From positions 4,894 to 68,893 of the forward strand of contig CAZWPK010000001.1 in the NCBI GenBank assembly GCA_964635905.1: a stretch of DNA of 64,000 bases. Direction: 5' to 3'. The notes below the pieces were generated by a model. The model saw only the letters and a list, made by a program, of their open reading frames with translations, had not been told where the DNA came from and ran no database searches. Shown in pieces: positions 27,421-37,765 of this stretch (its first letter is position 1; every line of letters starts with the position of its first letter). A program made the position numbers and the translations under genes. Origin of the DNA: an uncultured Pseudomonadales bacterium. GTDB taxonomy: Bacteria > Patescibacteriota > Microgenomatia > UBA1400 > UBA12028.

Positions 27421-28842
27421 ATGTCTCGATTTACAACAGGTTATCAGCGTCTTGTGCGAGTGATCGATCGGTTTCCCCTGCAAAGCTTTTTTATTGCATT
27501 GGCAATCCTTTTTGGCATGCTTGGTGTCGCCCATTTTTGGCAAAAACCATCGTCGGTTCAACAAGAGGAAGTCGTTGAAGCAAAGATAGTTCAAACCTAT
27601 GCATTTGGGGAAAGTCCAAAATTGAGCGTGTCTGCACGCATTGAAAAATCGGGTGTTATCTCCATTTATGCTCAAGCTCCTGGAATTGTGCAAAAAATTC
27701 ATGTTCAAGAAGGAAAGAAAGTCTTCCAAGCTCAAACATTAATCTCCTTATCGACGAACTATCAAGGAGGGAATGCCGCTAGTTTGAGTAGACAGATCGC
27801 TCAAAAGAACTTTACCTTCTCCCAAGAGAACTTTGAACTGCAAAAGGAGGTCATTAACCGACAAAAAGACTTAGCTAGCAAGGGAAACTTGCAAGCAGCA
27901 GAGATTCGTGAGTTAACGCGTCAGTCACTAGGAGATACTCGGTCACTTATCTCTCAAAATGAAGAAATCTTATCGGTTTTAGATACCCAGATTCGTTTCT
28001 TAGAATCCAACAATGTGAACGGTTCTAATGACGCGGCACTTGCATCCGCCCGGCAAGGACGACTGGCCGCTTCGAGCGGATTAGCTTCACTTAAATCGAC
28101 GCTGCGTACAGTAGAGTATCAATCGGATGATACAAAAACCCCGGCACAGATTACCGACATGTCCAAAGAAGTCACTCTCAAACAGTTGGAACTGCAAGAA
28201 AAATCCTTGGTGCTTGCAAAAGATCTTTCTGGCCTGAATTTACGTTTGGCTCGAATCAGCGAAGGACTGATGTATCCAGCAACTCCCTGTGCAGGTTTAG
28301 TAGAACGTGTGTATGTAAAAGTAGGCCAGTCGGTTTCTCCCGGAACGCTCCTTGCCACAATCAAAGCCAATCAAGGTGAGAACTCTGCAGTCATCCTTGT
28401 TCCGTCAACCATTGCAAAGCAAGTGTCCAGTTCAGAAGTTACAGAGTTTTCAATTGGAACGACAAAAATCTCTCTCTATCCAAGATATATTTCCTCGGAG
28501 GCTACGGATGGAACACTCTATAGTCTGATCTATTCGATCCCTGCCACCTATTCTGCCTCTCTCACCAATGCGACTTCTGTGGCTGCAAGGCTGCCTTTGG
28601 GAGCCTCCTCTATCATCACTGATGAGTTGTCGATTCCTCTGGATGCGGTATACCAAACCCAAGAAAAAGCCTACGTTTACATTCTCCATAACGAGGGTGA
28701 GAAGCGTACCGCAAAAACAGTAGAGGTTGCTCTGGGGGATGTTTCTGGGCGTTTTGTGCAGGTTCTCTCGGGACTGTCATCCACTGATGTCATTATTCTA
28801 TCCCGTACTGTTCAGGATGGGGACCAAGTTAAAACCGAATAA
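27421..28842 (+). CDS. efflux RND periplasmic adaptor (membrane fusion protein, HlyD/AcrA-like)
   Basis: N-terminal signal anchor, then a biotinyl/lipoyl-like half (GVISIYAQAPGIVQKIHVQEGKKV), then long coiled-coil hairpins, then C-terminal beta domains. Confidence 0.7.
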   Translation: MSRFTTGYQRLVRVIDRFPLQSFFIALAILFGMLGVAHFWQKPSSVQQEEVVEAKIVQTYAFGESPKLSVSARIEKSGVISIYAQAPGIVQKIHVQEGKKVFQAQTLISLSTNYQGGNAASLSRQIAQKNFTFSQENFELQKEVINRQKDLASKGNLQAAEIRELTRQSLGDTRSLISQNEEILSVLDTQIRFLESNNVNGSNDAALASARQGRLAASSGLASLKSTLRTVEYQSDDTKTPAQITDMSKEVTLKQLELQEKSLVLAKDLSGLNLRLARISEGLMYPATPCAGLVERVYVKVGQSVSPGTLLATIKANQGENSAVILVPSTIAKQVSSSEVTEFSIGTTKISLYPRYISSEATDGTLYSLIYSIPATYSASLTNATSVAARLPLGASSIITDELSIPLDAVYQTQEKAYVYILHNEGEKRTAKTVEVALGDVSGRFVQVLSGLSSTDVIILSRTVQDGDQVKTE

Positions 28843-28857
28843 GATCAGATAGGACAT

Positions 28858-31800
28858 ATGGCAATTCAATCGTCGGCTCCAGAAACAAGGTCTTACTTCC
28901 AGCGGCTAGAATATGATGCAAAGTTGGCAGGGTCCGTTGTAGCGAAGTATGTTTCAAACTTTAGACTAGTGTTATTGTTAATCATTTCGATCGCATTTTT
29001 AGGTTTCTTTAGTTATTTTCAGCTTCCCAAGCGTTTGAATCCCGAAGTTAAAATTCCAATCGTGACGGTCATCACTGTATTACCAGGTGCGGGTCCCTCC
29101 GATGTGGAATCTTTGGTCACTATCCCCATTGAAGATAGACTTCGAGCAGTGAAGGGGGTCGACGTCGTGAATTCATCCTCCCAGAATAGTGTCTCAGCCG
29201 TGACCATGCAGTTCTTTTCTACAATTGATCGAGAAAAAGCACGCGCTGATGTCCAATCTGCAATCGATGGAGTAACCGATCTACCGACCGATGCGCAGGA
29301 ACCCCGAGTCTCACTCCTTGATTTTGAAGATGTTCCCGTCTGGACATTTGCTGTCATTTCCGACAAGAGTTATCCAGACCTGATGAATCTTTCCAATGAG
29401 CTAACCCAAGTGATTGAAAATGTCTCACGCGTTGATCGAGTGCAAAAAACAGGCTTTGATACGCACGAAATTGTGGTCGAATTAGATCCTCAAAAAGCCG
29501 CAGAATATGGAATTAATCCCGTCGTTCTCTCTTCACTGATCAAACGGTCACGAGCCTCAATCCCCGCCGGAAATATCGAAACGAATCAACATACATTTTC
29601 GTTGACAATTGATCCTGTTGTCGAATCGATAGATGATATTCGCAACCTTTCACTCTCCGTTCAAGGAAAACCCATTCGATTGGGAGACATTGCAACCATC
29701 GCTGAACAGTCAAAGGGTAATCAGTCTCCAGCCTATGTCGCAACAAAAAACTCCCCACCGCAGCAGGGTGTTACCTTTTATGTCTATAAAACGGTGGATA
29801 GCAATATTGATGACGCCGGTGAGGAAGTACAACATGCAGTTCAAGATTTCATGAAAGCAAAAGGGGAAGGGTATTCGATCATTACCTTTTCCAATACCAG
29901 TGAAGAAATTACGGAACAATTTGATGACCTTTTAGGGGAGTTTAGAACGACTATTGTATTGGTGATGGGAGTAATCCTACTATTTTTAGGTCTACGCCAA
30001 GCGTTAATCTCATCCTTAACGGTTCCGCTAACGTTTCTGTCTGCCTTTTTGTTTATGCGGATTACGGGAATGACCATCAACTTCATTTCCATGTTCGCTT
30101 TTTTATTAGCTTTAGGATTACTTGTCGATGACACCATCGTCGTAGTGTCTGCCATGACAACGTACTTTAAGACTGGGAAATTTACACCCTTTCAAACGGG
30201 ACTTTTGGTCTGGAAAGACACGATTGTTCCCATCTGGTCTACGACCATTACGACGATCTGGTCATTTTTACCCCTCCTGATTACCTCCGGAATTATTGGA
30301 GAATTCATCAAGCCCATACCGGTGGTAGTTACGGTGACCATGCTCTCTTCTACCGCCATCGCCGTATTGATTACGTTACCCTTAATGATCGTATTGTTAC
30401 GCCCACTCTTACCCCATCGAGTGTTGCGGCTACTTCAGATCGTTGCCTTTTTAATTGCGTTAGGGGTGATCGTTGCTCTCTCGATAAAAAGCGTACTGTT
30501 TCCGGTAATCCTGATCATCTACGTTGGGTTTAGTTTTATTTTGTCACGTACGCATACCCGAGTTTTGCAGTCTGTTTCAAAGAAATGGAGAACATCAATT
30601 TTCACACGAACTCCGTGGATTTCTCGCTTATTCAATCGAGGTCTCATTGATGTAGATCCATTCGCAGATAAATACCGAAATCTCATGCGACGGATTTTGC
30701 AGAAAAAATCGAGTCGACGGAATGTCTTGATCGCCGTGGTTGGCTATGCCATTTGTAGTTTTGCTCTGCTTCCACTCGGATTTGTTAAAAATGAATTCTT
30801 TCCCAAAACCGATCAAGATACTCTCAATGTGGAACTAAAACTTCCTGCTGGAACAACCATGGAAAAAACCATGCAAGAAGGTGTTGCGGTGTTACGTCAG
30901 CTAACGGATACACCCCAACTTGAATTTGTGACTGCAGAAATTGGTCGATCAGGATCCAATGGTTTTGGAGGTTCATCGGAAGCCGGAGGAACTGTCTGGT
31001 ATTCACTTCGGCTTACGGATCATGAATTGCGATCGTTGTCATCTATTCGTATCGCTGAAGATCTCCGTACAGAATTCAAGGATTATACGAACGGGGAAAT
31101 CTCGGTAATTGAAGCATCCGGTGGTCCACCTGCAGGAGCAGATATTCAAATTCAACTTTCAGGTGACGATCTCTCCGTTCTAGAATCGCAGGCACAAACG
31201 GTAGTGTCGTATTTACAGACACAGACTGGACTCACCAATGTAAAACAATCCATCCAGTCTGGAACAAGTAAGATTGTGTTTATCCCAGACTTAACAAAAC
31301 TTTCGGATTACGGAATTTCCATCGAATCTGTTGGATTTTCTTTACGTACATTTGCCAGTGGGTTTACGTTGGATTCTGTGAATTTTGAAAAAGGGGAATC
31401 GGCGAAAAAAGACATCGTTTTCCGACTTGGAAAAGGAAATCTGGATGCGCAAGATCTTGGCCAACTTCGCATTCCCTCATCGACAGGACAACTCATCCCC
31501 TTATTGGAATTAGGACGTTTAGAGTCGCGGCCAAATCCCACTAGTATTGTTCGTGAAGACTTTAAACGGACGGTGACGATTAGCGCAGCGGTACGTCCTG
31601 GGACATCAGTAATTGAACAGAATCAGAAGTTACTTGAATTTACGAATGCGATTCAATTGCCAGCTGGGTACAGTTGGAAAACGGGAGGCGTCAACGAAGA
31701 AAATAATAAATCGATGCAATCGTTGCTTCAAGCGATGGTCATATCCGCAATCTTAATTATGATTACGATGGTGCTTCAATTTGGATCGTTTCGACAGGCA

Positions 31801-32223
31801 GCAATTGTGCTTATCGTTATTCCTCTGGCCGTTTCTTCAGTGTTTTTGGTGTTTGCCCTGACAGCGATTCCGCTAACATTTCCGGCCATGATCGGAATAC
31901 TCTCACTGTTTGGCATTGTGGTGACCAATTCCATGTTTATTGTGGACAAGATAAATCTTAATTTACGTGAACAGATGCCGTTTGAGGAAGCTATTGCGGA
32001 TGCGGGAGCTAGCCGTTTAGAACCGATCATTTTAACCAAACTTTGTACAGTCTTTGGACTACTTCCGATCACTATCGCCGATCCTTTATGGAGAGGCTTA
32101 GGGGGAGCGATTATTTCCGGATTATTAGTGGCAAGTACCATTATGCTGCTCTTTATTCCTGTGCTCTATTACTCCTGGATGAAACCAACAGAGTTAAAGC
32201 CAATCAAGCGGAAAAAGCATTAA
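28858..32223 (+). CDS. RND superfamily efflux permease (AcrB/HAE family, 12 TM with two large periplasmic loops)
   Basis: 1121 aa. Typical RND architecture. TM4 and TM10 type motifs (GLLVDDTIVVV, LGIVVTNSMFIVD). Confidence 0.85.
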   Translation: MAIQSSAPETRSYFQRLEYDAKLAGSVVAKYVSNFRLVLLLIISIAFLGFFSYFQLPKRLNPEVKIPIVTVITVLPGAGPSDVESLVTIPIEDRLRAVKGVDVVNSSSQNSVSAVTMQFFSTIDREKARADVQSAIDGVTDLPTDAQEPRVSLLDFEDVPVWTFAVISDKSYPDLMNLSNELTQVIENVSRVDRVQKTGFDTHEIVVELDPQKAAEYGINPVVLSSLIKRSRASIPAGNIETNQHTFSLTIDPVVESIDDIRNLSLSVQGKPIRLGDIATIAEQSKGNQSPAYVATKNSPPQQGVTFYVYKTVDSNIDDAGEEVQHAVQDFMKAKGEGYSIITFSNTSEEITEQFDDLLGEFRTTIVLVMGVILLFLGLRQALISSLTVPLTFLSAFLFMRITGMTINFISMFAFLLALGLLVDDTIVVVSAMTTYFKTGKFTPFQTGLLVWKDTIVPIWSTTITTIWSFLPLLITSGIIGEFIKPIPVVVTVTMLSSTAIAVLITLPLMIVLLRPLLPHRVLRLLQIVAFLIALGVIVALSIKSVLFPVILIIYVGFSFILSRTHTRVLQSVSKKWRTSIFTRTPWISRLFNRGLIDVDPFADKYRNLMRRILQKKSSRRNVLIAVVGYAICSFALLPLGFVKNEFFPKTDQDTLNVELKLPAGTTMEKTMQEGVAVLRQLTDTPQLEFVTAEIGRSGSNGFGGSSEAGGTVWYSLRLTDHELRSLSSIRIAEDLRTEFKDYTNGEISVIEASGGPPAGADIQIQLSGDDLSVLESQAQTVVSYLQTQTGLTNVKQSIQSGTSKIVFIPDLTKLSDYGISIESVGFSLRTFASGFTLDSVNFEKGESAKKDIVFRLGKGNLDAQDLGQLRIPSSTGQLIPLLELGRLESRPNPTSIVREDFKRTVTISAAVRPGTSVIEQNQKLLEFTNAIQLPAGYSWKTGGVNEENNKSMQSLLQAMVISAILIMITMVLQFGSFRQAAIVLIVIPLAVSSVFLVFALTAIPLTFPAMIGILSLFGIVVTNSMFIVDKINLNLREQMPFEEAIADAGASRLEPIILTKLCTVFGLLPITIADPLWRGLGGAIISGLLVASTIMLLFIPVLYYSWMKPTELKPIKRKKH

Positions 32224-32363
32224 AGCTGCCGATGATCTGCACCGCAGTCACAACAATCTACCATCTCTTGCTTTCCTAGAATTATCCTCAAGGAAGTGGT
32301 ATCCTACCCCGGTATCACTCATTGTTGGGTTCGATTACCCATTTGTACTGCAAAGGAGACTGT

Positions 32364-33608
32364 ATGCCCGCAATCCAATCACTTCATGCCCGTCAGATCC
32401 TAGATTCTCGTGGAAACCCCACCATTGAAGTTGATCTTACGCTTACCGATGGCGCGTTCGGACGTGCTGCAGTTCCCTCTGGTGCCAGCACAGGTTCTCG
32501 TGAAGTGTTAGAACTACGTGATGGGGGAACAGCTTGGCTTGGAAAAGGAGTGATGACTGCCGTGTCCAATGCAAACACGGTGTTGTTTGACGCATTAAAA
32601 GGAAAAGAGTTTACCCAAAAAGAGCTCGACGATACGATGATTGCGTTAGATGGTACGGAAACAAAGTCTAAGCTTGGAGCGAATGCAATCCTTGGAGTCT
32701 CCATGGCATTTTGTGTGGCCACCGCAGCTAGTAAGAAAGTGCCCTTATTTAAATATTTAGGAGAGCTATCGGGAAACAGAGATTTTAAACTGCCGATGCC
32801 AATCTTAAATGTGTTAAATGGTGGCGCTCATGCAAACTGGACCACAGATATTCAGGAATATATCCTCTTTCCGGTAAAAGTTGATTCATATCATGAACGA
32901 CTACGAAAATCTGCAGAAGTCTTTCATCATTTGGGAAAGTTAATTGCCAAAAAAGGTTTATCGACCAACGTAGGAAATGAAGGTGGATATGCTCCATCGT
33001 TATCTTCCAATGAAGAGGCATTTGACCTGATGCTCGAAGCAGTTGCCAGCGCGGGATATACGATGGGTACCGATGGCGATTTCATGATGGGCATTGACGG
33101 GGCGGCAACCGAATTTTATGTGAATGGAGCGTATCAGCTCAAACGCGATAGTGCAGTCAAATCCTCCGATGAGATGGTGGAATGGATGGTTTCATTGTCA
33201 AAACGCTATCCAATTTTCTCTTTGGAAGATGCGTTGGCTGAGGGAGACTGGGATGGCTGGGCGAAATTGACTGCCGCCATTGGAGACACCGTGCAAATTG
33301 TAGGAGACGATTTGACGGTTACCAATCCTAAATATGTGCAGCAGGGAAGAGACGGCAAAAATTGTAACGCTGTAATCATCAAGTTAAACCAAATTGGAAC
33401 CGTTTCTGAAACCTTGCAAGCAATGCAGATTGCACGAGAAGCTGGCTGGAAGAACATCGTGGCGCATCGTAGTGGAGAGACTGAAGATGTCTTTATTGCG
33501 CATCTTGCTGTCGGGGCAGGTGGCCAGCAAATCAAGACGGGAGCTCCGTCGCGAACGGATCGAACTTCCAAATATAACGAATTGCTACGTATTGAAGAGC
33601 AACTCTAA
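32364..33608 (+). CDS. eno: enolase (phosphopyruvate hydratase)
   Basis: ILDSRGNPTIEVD, SGASTGSREVLELRDGG, and the catalytic loop region. AAGGAGAC RBS before the ATG at 32364. The track ORF has a 14-codon upstream extension. Confidence 0.9.
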   Translation: MPAIQSLHARQILDSRGNPTIEVDLTLTDGAFGRAAVPSGASTGSREVLELRDGGTAWLGKGVMTAVSNANTVLFDALKGKEFTQKELDDTMIALDGTETKSKLGANAILGVSMAFCVATAASKKVPLFKYLGELSGNRDFKLPMPILNVLNGGAHANWTTDIQEYILFPVKVDSYHERLRKSAEVFHHLGKLIAKKGLSTNVGNEGGYAPSLSSNEEAFDLMLEAVASAGYTMGTDGDFMMGIDGAATEFYVNGAYQLKRDSAVKSSDEMVEWMVSLSKRYPIFSLEDALAEGDWDGWAKLTAAIGDTVQIVGDDLTVTNPKYVQQGRDGKNCNAVIIKLNQIGTVSETLQAMQIAREAGWKNIVAHRSGETEDVFIAHLAVGAGGQQIKTGAPSRTDRTSKYNELLRIEEQL

Positions 33609-33642
33609 GCTCGTGAGGTCTTGATCTACTGGAGAAAGGTGT

Positions 33643-35181
33643 ATGAAAAAACACTCAATAAAACCTCTTGCCGTCGTTGTGCTCGATGGCTGGGGACTGG
33701 GAGAACAAGGAGAGTTTAATGGTGTAACGATGGCGGATACCCCTAACTTTGATCGGCTATCGAACGAGTATCCGTTTACACAATTAAATGCCTCTGGAGA
33801 AGCGGTTGGGTTACCCGATGGACAGATCGGGAATTCGGAAGTTGGGCATTCAACGATTGGGGCAGGATGTGTGAAGTACCAAGATTTAGTGCGCATTACG
33901 AAAGACGCTACTGAAGGAAAACTGGGTGAGAATAGTGCGCTTGCAAGTGCCTTTGACTATGTCAACACCCATCAATCCACCTTGCACATCATGGGATTGT
34001 TTTCGCCAGGTGGCGTCCATGCACATGAAGATCATTTTCTAGAAATCATCAATGCAGCTCTAAAAAAGAATGTAAAGCGAATCCTTCTGCATCCGTTTAC
34101 CGATGGACGTGACGTCTCACGCACGAGTGCAAAAAATTCCTTGGTCCGATTGGAACAGCATATCGATGGGATTGCGGAAGTACAGATTGCAACAGTCATG
34201 GGTCGCTACTATGCTATGGATCGAGACAATAATTGGGATCGCACCGACATGGCATTTCGAGCCATTTTTGATGGCAAAGCTGCGTTTGTCTATGACCATA
34301 CCCATACTCCTTCAGAGGAAATTGAGAAGTGGTACTCAAAAGAAATATTTGATGAGTTGTTGGAACCCCAGGTGTTTTTGAAACCTGATGGGACACCACA
34401 TCAAGTGTGTGATCATGATGCAATCATTTTTACCAACTTTCGCTCCGACCGTGCGAAACAGTTATCAAAAAAGATCACACAGGTTCTTAAAGAAAAGAAA
34501 TTGCAGTTGGTAACGATGACTCATTACGACGCAGAGGTAGAGTCCATTGTTGCCTATGCTCCGGAACAGGTTGAAAGTACCATCGGTGCAGTCGTATCTG
34601 CGGCAGGGAAGAAGCAAGTGCACATTGCCGAAACGGAAAAATTTCCCCATGTTACCTATTATGTGAATGGTGGCAAAACTGATCCGTATCCCGGTGAAGA
34701 GCATGTGTTAGTTCCGAGTCGAAAAGATATTAAAACACATGATCAAGCTCCGGAGATGATGGCAAAAGAAATTTGTGATGAAGCCATCAAACGGCTAGAG
34801 GCTGTAGATTTTTTGTTTATCAATTTTGCCAATCCAGACATGGTCGGCCATACTGCCATTCCCGCTGCCATTAAAATAGCCATCGAAACTGTGGACCATC
34901 AACTCGGCAGATTAACCGAGGCGATGTTAAAGCATGGCGGGGGACTCATTGTTATTGCGGATCACGGAAATGCGGAACGCATGTGGGAGCCAGCAACGCA
35001 TGAACCACATACCGCTCATACCACAAATCCAGTTCCTTGCATTCTGATCCATTCTTCCCTGAAGCCAAAGTTACGAGCCAATGGTGGGTTAAAAGACATC
35101 GCACCAACAGCATTGGAACTCATGGGACTTGAAATCCCCCCGTGTATGACAGGAGAATCATTGATTGAAAAAAACCTATGA
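33643..35181 (+). CDS. gpmI: 2,3-bisphosphoglycerate-independent phosphoglycerate mutase
   Basis: 512 aa. LAVVVLDGWG and catalytic Ser region (GNSEVGHSTIGAG). Metal-binding DHGNAE at the C-terminus. Confidence 0.9.
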   Translation: MKKHSIKPLAVVVLDGWGLGEQGEFNGVTMADTPNFDRLSNEYPFTQLNASGEAVGLPDGQIGNSEVGHSTIGAGCVKYQDLVRITKDATEGKLGENSALASAFDYVNTHQSTLHIMGLFSPGGVHAHEDHFLEIINAALKKNVKRILLHPFTDGRDVSRTSAKNSLVRLEQHIDGIAEVQIATVMGRYYAMDRDNNWDRTDMAFRAIFDGKAAFVYDHTHTPSEEIEKWYSKEIFDELLEPQVFLKPDGTPHQVCDHDAIIFTNFRSDRAKQLSKKITQVLKEKKLQLVTMTHYDAEVESIVAYAPEQVESTIGAVVSAAGKKQVHIAETEKFPHVTYYVNGGKTDPYPGEEHVLVPSRKDIKTHDQAPEMMAKEICDEAIKRLEAVDFLFINFANPDMVGHTAIPAAIKIAIETVDHQLGRLTEAMLKHGGGLIVIADHGNAERMWEPATHEPHTAHTTNPVPCILIHSSLKPKLRANGGLKDIAPTALELMGLEIPPCMTGESLIEKNL

Positions 35182-35657
35182 TTAAACTATTGTTATCTGA
35201 CTTTTCTCGAGTAATTTTGTTTCCTATCGATGATAATTATTCCGGAAGTCTCAATGAGCTGCATGCAAAACGTTTGTCGGATCCTGCCTATACTTTTTTT
35301 GATACTTTTTCCTTAAACACGCAGTTCCTAGATTGGATGCTTCTGACAAAACAAACCCATCACCTTTCGGTCGGAATGTTTACGAGTGAAACGATCCAAG
35401 AATATGCAGTGCTTCAACCTTTTTTGACACCTGTTTTTGATATCGTGTTTTCGGCAAAAAAATTGGGAATTTCAAAATCGGATCCGCAAGCGTATAAAGA
35501 TCTGTGCGCAGATCGAAATGTGCTTCCAAGTGAGACTGTTTATCTGGATGATGCCATTTCCAATGTGGCTGCAGCGACGGCTGCTGGGCTTCATGCCGTT
35601 CAGTTTCTCTCGACGTCACAATCCATTGCACATGTTGATGCGCTGCTTCGCATTTGA
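35178..35657 (+). CDS. HAD-like hydrolase family protein (divergent motif I)
   Basis: The ATGA overlap with the gpmI stop suggests translational coupling. C-terminal HAD motifs (SAKKLGISKSDP, YLDDAISNVAAATAAGL). Motif I reads SDFSR rather than DxDGT. Confidence 0.4.
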   Translation: MIKLLLSDFSRVILFPIDDNYSGSLNELHAKRLSDPAYTFFDTFSLNTQFLDWMLLTKQTHHLSVGMFTSETIQEYAVLQPFLTPVFDIVFSAKKLGISKSDPQAYKDLCADRNVLPSETVYLDDAISNVAAATAAGLHAVQFLSTSQSIAHVDALLRI

Positions 35658-35679
35658 AACCGTACGTCTGGCTGTTGTT

Positions 35680-36297
35680 ATGAATAGGACCACATATTCC
35701 ATCGTATTACGTCATTTTGAAACGGCAGATCCCATTTTGTATACAGCAGGCTCGATGATCACTCCAGTTCCCGACTTTGTTGTGAGTCCCAATTACTTTA
35801 AAGCACTGGTTGATTCCATTATTTCGCAGCAATTATCCATAAAGGTTGCGGATGTGATTTCCGATAGAGTGTATGCCTTGTTACCAATAAAAGATTTGAC
35901 TCCAGAAACCATCCTAGAGGTTGCTACAGAGGACTTGCGTGCCGCTGGTGTCTCGTATGCAAAAATTCGTTCTATCAAGGATCTGGCGGACAAGGTTTCT
36001 TCCCAGCAACTCAACCTTGATACTATCGATCAAGTAACCAATGCGGAGGTGATTGAAAAACTAACGGTCGTTAAGGGAATTGGTCCGTGGACTGCCGAAA
36101 TGTTCTTGATGTTTGCCTTGGCTCGTGATGATGTGTTTTCAGTCGGAGATTTAGGATTGCGACGCGCCATCCAAAAACTCTACAAACACGATACTCCACC
36201 CAGTAAAGAAGAGCTTCGAGCTCTTAGTGACAAGTGGGCACCGTATCGCACCTGGGCAGCCCGTATTTTGTGGCAAAGTCTTGATTTATCCACCTAG
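35680..36297 (+). CDS. DNA-3-methyladenine glycosylase II-like (HhH-GPD superfamily, AlkA type)
   Basis: HhH-GPD motif LTVVKGIGPWTAEMFLMFAL...DDVFSVGDLGLRRA with catalytic Asp. Start moved to the ATG at 35680, after the HAD stop. Confidence 0.7.
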   Translation: MNRTTYSIVLRHFETADPILYTAGSMITPVPDFVVSPNYFKALVDSIISQQLSIKVADVISDRVYALLPIKDLTPETILEVATEDLRAAGVSYAKIRSIKDLADKVSSQQLNLDTIDQVTNAEVIEKLTVVKGIGPWTAEMFLMFALARDDVFSVGDLGLRRAIQKLYKHDTPPSKEELRALSDKWAPYRTWAARILWQSLDLST

Positions 36298-36374
36298 GTT
36301 GTAGCAGTATTCTCCTCTACTCTAAACTGGTACTGGCATAGATGTTTTTTTTTGCTACAACTAACAGACGGATC

Positions 36375-37754
36375 ATGACACAATCTACGTTGCATGCTTT
36401 AAGTTCAGTTGATGGTCGCTATGCGAATCGACTTGTTGCGTTAGCGTCAACCTGGTCAGAATTTGCTCTCATGAAGCATCGATTGCGCGTAGAAGTAGCG
36501 TATCTTCTCTTCTTATCCTCAAACCATTGGATTCCTCACTACTCCAAAAAACATCAACAACATCTAGAATCTCTGGTGGACAATTTTGACGATGACGCCG
36601 CTGCTCAGATAAAAAAGATTGAGTCCACCATTCACCATGATGTCAAAGCAGTAGAGTATTACCTTCGCGCCACAATGGCTAAACTCTCGATTCCTGGATC
36701 AGAATGGCTTCATATCGGGCTTACGAGTGAAGACACGAACTCGATCGCATACGGAATCGCGTTTTCTCACACCGTAAGGAATCATTTGCTTCCGGCAATT
36801 AATGGCTTGATCACTCGAATCTGTGATTTTTCGTTACAAACAAAAGACACGCTAATGTTGGCACGTACGCATGGTCAACCGGCCGTGCCCACGACCGTTG
36901 GCAAAGAGATGGTCGTGTTTGCTAAAAGATTGGCAGACGAGAGGGATAGATTGCTACAGCTTTCCATTGATGCCAAGTGTTCTGGGGCGGTTGGAACATA
37001 TGCTGCCCAGCATGCCGCATTTCCTACGATGGATCTGTTGAAATCAGCACAAGAATTTATTGAAAGTTTTGGACTGCATCCCGTTTTCGTGACCACTCAA
37101 ATTGTGCCTGCTGATTCGTATGTATTACTCTTTGACTCTGTGCGTCGTATAAATACCATTCTTTTATCATTGGATCAGGATTGCTGGCGATATTGTAGTG
37201 ATGGATATTTCATCCTTCATTCCAACGCACAAGAGGTGGGATCGTCCACGATGCCGCAGAAAGTGAATCCCATTGATTTTGAACAAAGTGAAGGAAATTT
37301 AGGTTTAGCCAATGCATTGTTAAGCCATTTTTGCCAAAAACTTCCCGTGTCCCGGTTACAACGCGATCTCTCTGATAGTGTGGTGAAGCGCCAGATCGGA
37401 ATGACATTTGGATTGTGTTTGTTAGGGTATGAATCCTCCCTGAAGGGACTGAACTTAATTTCTCCCAATACCTCTTTGTTACAGACTGAGCTTGAAGCCC
37501 ACTGGGAAATTATCACTGAAGGGCTTCAGACACTGCTGCGAACCAGTGGTGATGAGAGTGCCTATGAAAAGTTGAAGAAACTTTCACGTGGTAAACAGCT
37601 CTCTAAAGAATCCATTACGCAATTTATTGATGCACTGTCTGTTTCAACGGATTTAAGGAACCGACTTAGTGCATTGCATCCGTTAACCTACACGGGTATT
37701 TCCAGTGAATTAGTTATCCAAACGGTAACCGCTATTTCATCAACCAAACGGTAA
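36375..37754 (+). CDS. purB: adenylosuccinate lyase
   Basis: Fumarate-lyase signature GSSTMPQKVNP. N-terminal SVDGRYANR. 459 aa counted from the ATG at 36375. Confidence 0.85.
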   Translation: MTQSTLHALSSVDGRYANRLVALASTWSEFALMKHRLRVEVAYLLFLSSNHWIPHYSKKHQQHLESLVDNFDDDAAAQIKKIESTIHHDVKAVEYYLRATMAKLSIPGSEWLHIGLTSEDTNSIAYGIAFSHTVRNHLLPAINGLITRICDFSLQTKDTLMLARTHGQPAVPTTVGKEMVVFAKRLADERDRLLQLSIDAKCSGAVGTYAAQHAAFPTMDLLKSAQEFIESFGLHPVFVTTQIVPADSYVLLFDSVRRINTILLSLDQDCWRYCSDGYFILHSNAQEVGSSTMPQKVNPIDFEQSEGNLGLANALLSHFCQKLPVSRLQRDLSDSVVKRQIGMTFGLCLLGYESSLKGLNLISPNTSLLQTELEAHWEIITEGLQTLLRTSGDESAYEKLKKLSRGKQLSKESITQFIDALSVSTDLRNRLSALHPLTYTGISSELVIQTVTAISSTKR

Positions 37755-37765
37755 AGGAGAACTCT

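Noticed and set aside
36342-36374. Upstream extension of the purB ORF containing a T9 homopolymer (36345-36353)
   Set aside because: The extension encodes MFFFATTNRRI with no conserved purB sequence. The conserved N-terminus begins at the ATG at 36375. The T-run is probably a promoter or UP-like element, not a slippage site in coding sequence.
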